Part shown: positions 10,466 to 18,432 of the stretch, in pieces | Layout of the letters: each line of letters begins with the position of its first letter | Position numbering within the stretch: position 1 is the first letter of the stretch | Origin: Verrucomicrobiota bacterium | GTDB taxonomy: Bacteria; Verrucomicrobiota; Verrucomicrobiia; Verrucomicrobiales; DEV007 | Length of the DNA: 32,216 nucleotides | Direction of reading: 5' to 3' | Assembly (NCBI GenBank): GCA_013152075.1 | Contig: JAADHD010000198.1 | Coordinates: 1-32,216 of the forward strand | Notes under the pieces: model-generated | Databases searched by the model: none | Seen by the model: the letters and a program-made list of their open reading frames with translations, nothing else | What the model was told of the DNA's origin: nothing | Translations under genes and position numbers: made by a program

Positions 10466-11317
10466 TCAAGACTGGTAACGACTGACGGCTGGATACGAAC
10501 CGACGCTGCGAATACTGATCGAGCTTGCCTGCGCGGCATCAAGGGCTCCGATGACGGCTGCATCCCCTTCAGACCCCTCGATTTCGATGAAAAAGCGGTA
10601 GGTATTGGGTTCGCCCAGCACCGGACTGGACTCGATCCGGCTCAAATTCACCCCCTGGGCATCAAATACCGAAAGAAATCGACACAAACTGCCCGCCTCA
10701 TTAGCCAGTTTCACCACCAGACTGGTTTTGAAACCCTCTGTCTCGGCTTCGCCGGGAAAAGACTGCCCCTCGTATCCGATCACCAGAAACTGGGTCACAT
10801 TCGGCACATCGATGGCAATCGGATACTGAAGGATATCCAGCCCGTGCAGCTCGGCACTTTTTTGTGTGCCGATCGCGGCGGCCCCGGATTCTTCAGCCGC
10901 TAACGCCGCCGCCTTGGGAGTGCTGCCCACGCTGACCAGCTGCGCTTCAGGATAGTTTTCCCTCAGCCATGAACGGCAATGATCCAACGGCGCAAAATAT
11001 GAATAAACCTTGGTGATCCCGACGCCCTCACGTCCCAGAAGAGCCAGTTTCACATCAAGCGTGACTTCTTCCAGAATTTGCACTTTGCCCGTGCTTTCCC
11101 TGGCTATCTCCCGAATCGTTTCTTGAATGATGCCCCCGGTAGAATTTTCCACCGGCACGATGCCGCAATGTTCCGGACTGCTGGTCACAAAACCAAACAC
11201 CTCACCCACCGTCTGGCAGGGAACAAATTCACGCTTACCAAAATGCTCACGCGCCACCATGTTGGCAAAACTGCCTTCAGGGCCAAAATGGGCGATAGAT
11301 TTTGGTACAACACTCAT
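10466..11317 (-). CDS. pheA: Prephenate dehydratase with C-terminal ACT domain (monofunctional PheA)
   Basis: The 283-aa ORF carries the PDT motifs FGPEGSF and VPVENSTGG and the TRF-type motif as NVTQFLVIG. The ACT region reads GSLCRFLSVFDAQGVNLSRIESSP..YRFFIEIEG. Confidence 0.85.
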   Translation of the reverse strand: MSVVPKSIAHFGPEGSFANMVAREHFGKREFVPCQTVGEVFGFVTSSPEHCGIVPVENSTGGIIQETIREIARESTGKVQILEEVTLDVKLALLGREGVGITKVYSYFAPLDHCRSWLRENYPEAQLVSVGSTPKAAALAAEESGAAAIGTQKSAELHGLDILQYPIAIDVPNVTQFLVIGYEGQSFPGEAETEGFKTSLVVKLANEAGSLCRFLSVFDAQGVNLSRIESSPVLGEPNTYRFFIEIEGSEGDAAVIGALDAAQASSISIRSVGSYPAVSRYQS

Positions 11318-11340
11318 GCTTTATGAGCAGAATGATACGC

Positions 11341-11354
11341 TTAACAATTGTTAA
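11341..11354. promoter_or_regulatory. Perfect 14-bp palindrome TTAACAATTGTTAA (candidate operator) in the pheA upstream region
   Basis: The sequence is its own reverse complement. It ends 23 nt upstream of the pheA ATG and fills the spacer between a -10-like TATCAT (11337-11332, minus strand) and a weak -35. Confidence 0.4.
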
Positions 11355-11410
11355 ATCCACTGCAATATTTCACGGGCACACGCCTGACTTCATTGCCTCT
11401 TGGTGGGAAC

Positions 11411-11436
11411 GCCGACGTCCTCGTCGGCTTCTTCAT
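11411..11436 (+). terminator. Intrinsic-terminator-like hairpin on the plus strand inside the pheA / CM-PDT intergenic gap
   Basis: The structure is GCCGACG-TCCT-CGTCGGC followed by TTCTTCAT on the plus strand. On the minus strand the tail is GTTCCCACC, which is not U-rich. No annotated plus-strand gene lies upstream. Confidence 0.35.
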
Positions 11437-11715
11437 AAAGCACGCTTCTAATCATCAACGTCAGATCTTCCTAATGGTTGTCGGTAAACTCATCGAGTTC
11501 GCCAGCCACATAAAACGCCGTAAATCCCCATAGCAAATCTGCTCCTTCGATATCAAACATCAGACAACAGGTTTTGAACTCAAGCGGATCTAACATAACA
11601 TCCTCAATAACCAAACGCTTGTTACACAACCCCTCATTTTTATATCTTACCCCTGGACGCCTTTTAGCCCTTCACCGCCGGATAGCTTCCCAGTACTCGA
11701 ACCGTTTTCCCAGAC

Positions 11716-12513
11716 TCAGTTAACCGCTCTACCTGCTGTTACAATATCAGGCTCCGTCTGATGCCCCTGCAACTCAACGAACACACAGGAAGGCTTACCG
11801 GAATCTGTTTCCTGACGACTGTCAATCTGGGTCACAGAAAGGTCGAGTTCAGCGAGTGTTTTCATCGAATCTGATAAAATCTCTCCCGCCTTACCGTGAA
11901 TCAGCAAAGCGGTGATGTCCCTTCCCGTCGGCGGGCAAGTGTTGTGACACAATACCAAAAACCGTGTCGCTCCCGACGATTCCCCGCGATCACCGAACAA
12001 TGTCACCTGGGCGCAAATCTGTAGCGGGGAATCAACAAAAAAGTCCAGTGTCCGGTTCACCTCGCCATCGGTCGAATTGCCAATCGGCACCACCCCGTAA
12101 TCCGCATTACGTTTGCTGACCTGATCAAACACATCCGCCAAGGATGCCTGGGCCACATAGGCCACGCTTGCACCAAATTTGTTTCTGGCGGCTTGGTGCG
12201 TCCAGGTGCCTTCCGGGCCGAGGTAGGCAATTTTTAGATTTTCCTCCAAAGCCAGCGCCGCCGACATGATCTCGCGATAAATCGCTCGAATTGATTTTTC
12301 CGGTAAGCGCCCCTGACTTTTTTTCACCAGTGACTGTAGCAATTTTTCTTCACGCTCAGGCGCATAAATCTCCAGTCCGTTTTCCTTTTTGATCTCGCCA
12401 ACCGCATGTACCAGATCTGCACGAGCATTCATCAACTCCAGCAAACGGGAGTCCACCTCATCAATCTCGACTCGCAATTCTGCGAGCGTTTTTCCTGTCC
12501 CTCCGTCTTTCAT
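11716..12513 (-). CDS. Chorismate mutase fused to an internally shortened prephenate dehydratase/ACT-like region
   Basis: The protein is 265 aa. Its N-terminal type II chorismate mutase helices read LAELRVEIDEVDSRLLELMNARADLVHAVGEIK..IRAIYREIMS. The PDT start follows (IAYLGPEGTWTHQAA, VVPIGNSTDG). The sequence then jumps straight to ATRFLVL and an ACT-like tail, and the usual ~90 residues between are missing. Confidence 0.7.
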   Translation of the reverse strand: MKDGGTGKTLAELRVEIDEVDSRLLELMNARADLVHAVGEIKKENGLEIYAPEREEKLLQSLVKKSQGRLPEKSIRAIYREIMSAALALEENLKIAYLGPEGTWTHQAARNKFGASVAYVAQASLADVFDQVSKRNADYGVVPIGNSTDGEVNRTLDFFVDSPLQICAQVTLFGDRGESSGATRFLVLCHNTCPPTGRDITALLIHGKAGEILSDSMKTLAELDLSVTQIDSRQETDSGKPSCVFVELQGHQTEPDIVTAGRAVN

Positions 12514-12529
12514 TTGTACGGGAACCTTC

Positions 12530-13492
12530 TTATTCCTCTTCCTGATTCACCAAAACTCCCTCGGCACCCTCTCCGCTCTCCTCCTCCGAATCGGCTTCAA
12601 CTTCTGTTTCGGCAACACTTCCCTCTCCCTCCGTGTCGTCGTCGCCCTCACTCGTCTCTGAGGCATCCGCTTCACTCTGTTCTTCCCCCTCAGCCTTCAC
12701 GTCCCCTTCAATCTCTTCAGCGGCATCTTCTGCCTTAGCAGTCTCGGTATTTGCTCCCAGAGAAAGCTGCTCATCCGCTTCCACTCCGTCTTCTTCGCTA
12801 ACATCCGCAGAAGGCAATTCGACCCGTCGCAATTCGCTGGAATTCGGCAAGTCCTCAACATTTTTGATCCCGAAATGCTCAAGAAAAGTTTCTGTGGTTT
12901 CGTAAAGCAGGGGTTTGCCAGGCAGTTCAGCCCGTCCACCGATCTTGACCAGGCCCTTGTCGATAATCTTGTTCAGGACTCCATCGACACTTACCCCCCG
13001 CACCGCTTCGATATCGGCTTTGGTGATCGGTTGCCGGTAGGCAATGATCGCCAGTGTCTCCATCGCCGGCCCACTAAAACGCTCAGGTTTTACATCCGGG
13101 AGCAGGCTGCGAATATAAGGCGCATAATCCACGCGAGTATAAAATCGCCAACCTGTCGGTCCTTCCACCAGATGCATGGGACGACCCGTAGCATTGTAGG
13201 TTTCATTGATCTCGTCAATAAGTCCGTAAATCTGCTTGGCGGAAACCTTCACCAAAACTTCAGGGTCCGTTTCCTTAGGCTCCTGGGATTTCTTTTTCTT
13301 CGCCCGTGATTTCTTTTCCGGTGGCGGTGGATCCTCTGTGTCCACCCCGGCCTCAGCCGCAATCGCCGCAGCTTCCGCTTCGGCTGCGAGGACCGCCTTA
13401 GCCGTTCTGCGCAAGGCACGAGCGACATCCTGCGCCGTCACCGGTTCCGGCGCGGCAAAAATAATAGCTTCGACTATTTGAACTAAATCCAT
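12530..13492 (-). CDS. scpB: Segregation and condensation protein B (ScpB) with a low-complexity insert and a long acidic C-terminal tail
   Basis: The 320-aa ORF has IVEAIIFAAPEPVT and AMETLAIIAYRQPITKADIEAVRGVSVDGVLNKIIDKGLV..PGKPLLYETTETFLEHFG. It lies directly downstream of scpA. Confidence 0.85.
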   Translation of the reverse strand: MDLVQIVEAIIFAAPEPVTAQDVARALRRTAKAVLAAEAEAAAIAAEAGVDTEDPPPPEKKSRAKKKKSQEPKETDPEVLVKVSAKQIYGLIDEINETYNATGRPMHLVEGPTGWRFYTRVDYAPYIRSLLPDVKPERFSGPAMETLAIIAYRQPITKADIEAVRGVSVDGVLNKIIDKGLVKIGGRAELPGKPLLYETTETFLEHFGIKNVEDLPNSSELRRVELPSADVSEEDGVEADEQLSLGANTETAKAEDAAEEIEGDVKAEGEEQSEADASETSEGDDDTEGEGSVAETEVEADSEEESGEGAEGVLVNQEEE

Positions 13493-13518
13493 TTCTTAAA
13501 AACCAGACTGTTGCATAT

Positions 13519-14253
13519 TTACAGATTCTCATTCCGTTGCAACTCGATATCACCGAGTCTGCCATCCTGGCTCACTCTGAAATGATTGAGTTTCATCAGT
13601 TCCAACAAGGCCAAAAAGGTGACAATCACCTCTCCCTTGGTGCTTGCATCCTCGAACATCGCCGAAAATTTAATCTTTCCACCAGGCGGGATCGTTTTCA
13701 GCAGGAAATCAATTTTATCGCTGACGGTATATCTGTCATCAACGATTTCTTTCAATTCACTTTGATCTTCAAAGCGTTCGAGAACATTTTGAAAGGCACG
13801 AATCAGGTCAAAAATGCCTACTTCCGCCATCGGACGCTCCCCCTGTGGTTCGTCTGTATCGAGATCCTCTGGATGATGAGGGAAAAAATCCTGCATTTCC
13901 TGTTCACGGTGTGACAGAAAACCGGCGGCATCTTTGAACTTTTTATACTCAATCAACTGGCGAATGAGATCCCAGCGTGGATCCTCATCATCACTTTCTT
14001 CTTCCGGCGGTTGCTGGTGTTTGGGCAACAAATTGCGACTTTTAAGATAAATCAGATTGGCCGCCATCACAATGAACTCACTGGCCAGGGTAATGTTCAG
14101 CACCTTGAAAGTATCCACATAGGTCAGATACTGCTTGGTGATTCGCTCAATGGAAATGTCGTAGATGTCCACCTCATCCTTTTTGATGAGGTAGAGCAGC
14201 AGGTCGAGCGGCCCTTCAAAAATCTCAAGCTGAACTTTGTAATTGTTTTCCAA
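13519..14253 (-). CDS. scpA: Segregation and condensation protein A (ScpA kleisin)
   Basis: The 244-aa ORF has the N-terminal LEIFEGPLDLLLYLIKKDEVDIYDISIERITKQYL and the C-terminal winged-helix region VIVTFLALLELMK. Confidence 0.9.
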   Translation of the reverse strand: MENNYKVQLEIFEGPLDLLLYLIKKDEVDIYDISIERITKQYLTYVDTFKVLNITLASEFIVMAANLIYLKSRNLLPKHQQPPEEESDDEDPRWDLIRQLIEYKKFKDAAGFLSHREQEMQDFFPHHPEDLDTDEPQGERPMAEVGIFDLIRAFQNVLERFEDQSELKEIVDDRYTVSDKIDFLLKTIPPGGKIKFSAMFEDASTKGEVIVTFLALLELMKLNHFRVSQDGRLGDIELQRNENL

Positions 14254-14354
14254 AAGTCGTTATCCGGTTGCTTTGCTCCGAACACCGGAACAGGACGCGC
14301 AGTTTAAACACGGGCAGGGGAGAGGCGCAAGTCATCCTGCAAGGAATCGGCAGA

Positions 14355-15711
14355 TTACAAAGACTTTACTCCCAGTGTATTCACCGCTATCACACGATAC
14401 TGGTGGGCTTTTCCCTTTTCGGCTTCCTTATCAACGAACTCAAATTTTTTCAGCGGAAGCGTCGGGGTATCACCGTAGCTCATTCCCTGATACAAAGGTC
14501 GTCCAAAGTGCTTGTTTTGTTTTTCCGGCACCTCACCAATCTTCTTTCCATCTCTCTCAATGATGAAGGCCTGTAAGCCGCTTTCGAAATCAATCTTCGC
14601 CTTCCAGGTGATGGTGCCACTCGATTGCTCAACCTTGATATCCGTCGGAGCCGGGGGCGGGGTCTTGTCGCCAACCGCGCCGGTTTTCACAAAGTCCAAC
14701 CACACTCGGGCCACCGTTTCACTTGGCAACCACACTGCCTTGGACTTGTCGCCTTTATAATCCGTAGCCAGCACCGGAGCCTCCGTGCTCTGCAAAGGCA
14801 CCAGCCAGCCTTTTGACATATCTAAGTCTTTCAGTGGCTCTCCCGCCTGATCGGGTAATCTCAGCTTGAGGCAGGCATCAAAAAATGGAATCGCCAGATA
14901 ACGTGAATCCCGGGTTTCATGACCGGACGCAGGATCTGGTGCAAAAGCGATCGGCGCGCCTTTGGCACGGTAGGCCTTGAACATCGCCAAACTCCCTCCC
15001 CATGCCCCTTTAGTCGGCTTGCCCTCTCTTTCCTTCTCACCCGGATTCGCCACCATCGGGATTTTCATCGCCGCTTCGGGAATGTCCGGCACTTCGATAT
15101 CCCCCTCCGACCAATATCCAAAAGCCGTGCCCGATTGAAACCAAATCGCTGCGATGCGTTCCGGATATTTCACCTGCATCAGGCTTGACCAGAAACCCCC
15201 TCCCGAATGCCCCCACAAACACCAGGGAGCCGTGGCCACTTCAGGATGCCCTGATTTTTCCGCCAGCTTCTTCAGCGAATCGACAAACACCTCGGCTGAG
15301 CCATTGCGCGGATCACACCACAGACGACAGTTTTGTTCTTGCAACTGATGAAAACTCGGGCCCAGGAGTGCGCAGTCATTTTTCCTCGCCAGTTCCTGCC
15401 AATGCAAATCATGCGCCGCCGTCACGCCGCCCTTGCAGGCCCCCGAACCACAACCGTGTTGATGAACTGCCACGCACTTTTTTCAATCCCTCGGGTATCC
15501 ACAGAGTGTAAGTCACGCCGATCTGCAGTTGCCCCTCTTTGGCTTTTACCGGCGCTGGATATTCAACGGCATAGTAGGGAGGCGTTATCGGAAAACCGAC
15601 ACTTGGAAGCTCCAGGCCCGGCCCTCGTTCCTGAGCAGACAGTGGGGCAAATGCGTTGAGCGACAAGATTACTATTCCCGTTATTAAATTAGTGGTCGTG
15701 GAGAGTTTCAT
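14355..15711 (-). pseudogene. Secreted alpha/beta-hydrolase (GxSxG esterase/peptidase-like) with a C-terminal FN3-like domain, split by a 1-nt frameshift in a homopolymer
   Basis: The N-terminal piece (part of ORF 15409..15765) runs from the ATG at 15711. It has a signal peptide, MKLSTTTNLITGIVILSLNAFAPLSAQ, and reads through ..TYTLWIPEGLKK. The body is ORF 14355..15473 (AVHQHGCGSG.., nucleophile elbow WGHSGGG, FN3-like ITWKAKIDFESGLQAFIIERDG..YRVIAVN). The two frames join if one base of the T6 run at 15478-15483 (A6 on the coding strand) is removed, which gives ..IPEGLKKCVAVHQHGCGSG... Confidence 0.7.
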
Positions 15712-15727
15712 TGTTGTTGTTAATATA

Positions 15728-16122
15728 TTACTGCCCATGCACCGAAACGTTGAAGCGTGATTCAATCAGCGGCAGGCCTTCCGCTTCCAGTTCGACCGTG
15801 TACATGCCCTCGTAGGGGAAAGTCAAACTCAGCAACTCAAACTGAATTTCGCGATCACTTGGTTCGGGTTCTGAAATTCCACCTCGCCGCCGGTTTGAAA
15901 AATCAGCTCTTGGTTTTGCAGCGAATTACAGCGAACTTCGAGCGCCTGTTTGCCCCTTCCACTGGTGAGCTGAGCAAAGACACAAAAGCGGGAATGCACA
16001 GCGGGCAAACTGTTGACGTTGATATTATTGAATAAGCCAATCAACGAATTCTTGCCCGTCTTGGCATCGGTGATAATCGAATCGCACAGAACCAATGCGA
16101 TTCCTATAGGTGTCTCAGTCAT
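15728..16122 (-). pseudogene. Small conserved hypothetical protein (~131 aa if repaired), interrupted by a 1-nt frameshift
   Basis: ORF 15829..16122 ends ..NPNQVIAKFSLSC*. A different frame continues IQFELLSLTFPYEGMYTVELEAEGLPLIESRFNVSVHGQ* to a TAA at 15728-15730. Adding one A to the AAA at 15847-15849 (coding strand) restores ..VIAKIQFELLSLTF... Confidence 0.5.
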
Positions 16123-16154
16123 GGCTTGGGATTTTCATTGGCCTCACGAAAGGT

Positions 16155-18074
16155 TCAATTACCGATCGCCTCCTCGATAGCTTCTGCCTCAACGCTCTCC
16201 GCGTTTTCATCGTAAAAATATTCGCGCGGACGATACAACTTTGCAACAACAACAAATAGGGCAGCGGAAGCCAACATCAGTCCACTGAAAAACCAAAAGT
16301 AGCTTGCGCCCTCAAGCTTGACCTGACCCCCGACAAAATAATCACGCGAGATACTGTGATCGGAACCATTTTTTTCGTCAGCCCTTGCAATTCCTAGTTT
16401 TTTCTTACGAACATCAAGCCATGAATGTTCCGGTCGAAATTTTTCCATGAACTTTGACAGGCCCGATGGCTCTGATGTATCAGGGCGTCCAACTTCCAGC
16501 GTTGCGCCTTGATCCCACTTTGTTTTTGCCTGACCATCAGGCCCGAAGCTCCAGATGCGGGCCATGTTGCGATTCACAATGCGGTACTGATACAAATTGC
16601 CCCAGGGATCCTCGACAGCGGAAACCAGTTTTTCTCCCTCCTTCTTCGAGAGCAGCTGAAAGTCATCAGACTTTACCGCCGCTTCGATTTGATCCAGCAG
16701 ATGATCAAGGTTCGCCTTGTCCGCGAAGTCGATTTTTATTCGTTTTAATTCTTCATCAAAAACGAGCAGAATGTCGTCATCGGTTCCGGTGATTCCGTCC
16801 AACCCGCCAATCGCGATCTCCGTTGCTTTCGCCACGACGCCGGTAATAGGACTCGGAACCTGGATGAAATGATTGATCTGCGCAGTAACAAAATTGCCGG
16901 CAGAAACGCTGGCAAGAAAAAGTGCCATGATGAGTGACTTGATTGCCTTTGGCGCCTGAGTGTAACTGAATTCAAGACAGACGATTGAAACCATGACCTC
17001 CGAGGCGGTGAGCACCACATAACCGATCAACTGCCACGAGATCGAGGGATTCCCCCCAGCGTCGATTTTTTCCTGTGCAATCGAGACCAACACAAATGCG
17101 ATGACCATAAGAAAAAGACCGATGCTGATTTTGCGAAGCGGCGTCAATGGAAAGACTTTGTCCATCAGGGGATAGACCACATAAGAGAATAGCGGAATGA
17201 AAGTCAGGATCAGAATAGGGTTCAAGGCCTGGATCTGGCTCGGCAGCCATTCGATCCCAAGAAAATTGCGATCCATGTTTTCCGATTGGAGCACCCATGA
17301 CGATCCGCTCTGGTCAAAAAGTGCCCAGAAAACCGCCACAAAAACGTAGATGGTAGAAAGTTTTAAGATGGCCTTGAAACTTTCCCAAGTGAAAAACTCC
17401 CTCACAAAACGTGCCCCTCTGGCGGGAATGTGCACAAATTTCCAACGCCCCACCCAGAACACAATCGTAGCAAGCGCCATTAACACGCCCGGAACACCAA
17501 AGGCCCAATGAGGCCCGTACCATTCGAGCAACCAGGGCGTGAGCAGGGTAGAAAGAAAAGCCCCCAAGTTAATCGACCAATAAAACCAATTAAAAATCGC
17601 CGGAATAAGATGGCGGTTTTGTTCGCCGAATTGATCACCAACATGGGCAGACACGCAGGGCTTAATGCCGCCGGATCCCAATGCGATCAACCACAAACCC
17701 ATTCCAAGCCACATAGTCGTCTCGCCAGCCATTCCCATTAAGGCGAGGGAAGCGTGACCCAGGCAGTAAACGATGGAAAGCACCATTATGATGCGATACT
17801 TTCCAAAAAAAATGTCAGCTAGCAGGGCTCCAAGCAACGGCGTCACATAAACGAGAGCCACGAAATAATGAAATTTCTCCGTCGCTTCCACCGCACTCAT
17901 TCGAACGCCCGTAGAATCCCCCATCAACCAAAGATAATTTACCATGAAAATGGTAAGAATGGTTCGCATCCCATAAAAGCTGAACCGCTCCGCCGCCTCG
18001 TTTCCGATAATGTGCGGTATGCCCGTAGGCATTCCGGTCGTGGCTTTCGGGGCTGTGCGATAAGAGCTACTCAT
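16155..18074 (-). CDS. Proton-dependent oligopeptide transporter (POT/PTR2 family) carrying a ~185-aa extra domain before the last TM helix
   Basis: The 639-aa ORF has the POT signature GNEAAERFSFYGMRTIL and multiple hydrophobic helices. The insert spans about aa 405-590 and contains EDPWGNLYQYRIVNRNMARIWSFGPDGQAKTKWD. Confidence 0.9.
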   Translation of the reverse strand: MSSSYRTAPKATTGMPTGIPHIIGNEAAERFSFYGMRTILTIFMVNYLWLMGDSTGVRMSAVEATEKFHYFVALVYVTPLLGALLADIFFGKYRIIMVLSIVYCLGHASLALMGMAGETTMWLGMGLWLIALGSGGIKPCVSAHVGDQFGEQNRHLIPAIFNWFYWSINLGAFLSTLLTPWLLEWYGPHWAFGVPGVLMALATIVFWVGRWKFVHIPARGARFVREFFTWESFKAILKLSTIYVFVAVFWALFDQSGSSWVLQSENMDRNFLGIEWLPSQIQALNPILILTFIPLFSYVVYPLMDKVFPLTPLRKISIGLFLMVIAFVLVSIAQEKIDAGGNPSISWQLIGYVVLTASEVMVSIVCLEFSYTQAPKAIKSLIMALFLASVSAGNFVTAQINHFIQVPSPITGVVAKATEIAIGGLDGITGTDDDILLVFDEELKRIKIDFADKANLDHLLDQIEAAVKSDDFQLLSKKEGEKLVSAVEDPWGNLYQYRIVNRNMARIWSFGPDGQAKTKWDQGATLEVGRPDTSEPSGLSKFMEKFRPEHSWLDVRKKKLGIARADEKNGSDHSISRDYFVGGQVKLEGASYFWFFSGLMLASAALFVVVAKLYRPREYFYDENAESVEAEAIEEAIGN

Positions 18075-18198
18075 GACGAGTGGGGAATGTAGGACAATTT
18101 CGCAATCTGTCTATTGAAGCAGTGTGAACATTCCAAACAGATCTCGAGTCTATACTCGGCTTCGAAATGAACACTCAGATAAATTTGGGCATAAAAAG

Positions 18199-18271
18199 AG
18201 GCGGCCCGACTGATGGTTTTCGCGAGAAACCCCCATAACTCGCAAAAAAGAAAATATCAGTCGGACCGCCT
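18199..18271. other. Nested long hairpin in the divergent POT / DUF1015 intergenic region
   Basis: The outer arms GGCGGCCCGACTGAT (18200-18214) and ATCAGTCGGACCGCC (18256-18270) pair at 14 of 15 positions. The inner stem is GCGAG/CTCGC (18222-18226 with 18239-18243), extended by TTTT/AAAA pairs. Confidence 0.45.
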
Positions 18272-18432
18272 TGTGTTGTTCACATTGCGTGAACGCCCCG
18301 ATTAAAACATATTTAGAACCATACGCAAGCAATAAATTGCATTTTATTCAAAAAAATTTGCTCATTGCCTATTTTCCCTTACAGGAAAGGGGCTGCAAGC
18401 CCTATGTAATACCGTTTATCCGCGAAAATTTT

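Noticed and set aside
11348-11533. The 61-aa plus-strand ORF in the pheA / CM-PDT gap.
   Set aside because: It has no recognisable motifs, and it crosses the GC hairpin and the palindrome. I treat it as spurious. The 41-codon minus-strand ORF in the same gap is also unproven and is mentioned only as a hypothesis.
11640-11716. A GGTTCGAGTACTGG segment on the minus strand resembling a tRNA T-arm.
   Set aside because: The flanking bases do not form a T-stem, and no acceptor or anticodon arms could be drawn. It is not a tRNA.
15409-15765. The 118-aa ORF as an independent gene.
   Set aside because: Its C-terminal ~40 residues are out-of-frame nonsense overlapping the esterase body. Its N-terminus overlaps the end of the upstream frameshifted gene. 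The sensible reading is a signal peptide from the ATG at 15711 joined to ORF 14355..15473 across the T6 frameshift.
18271-18432. The N-terminal 54-aa extension of the DUF1015 ORF (start at 18271).
   Set aside because: The extension (MCCSHCVNAPIK..) runs through hairpin-rich intergenic DNA and lacks family-like sequence. The conserved DUF1015 N-terminus begins at the ATG at 18433.
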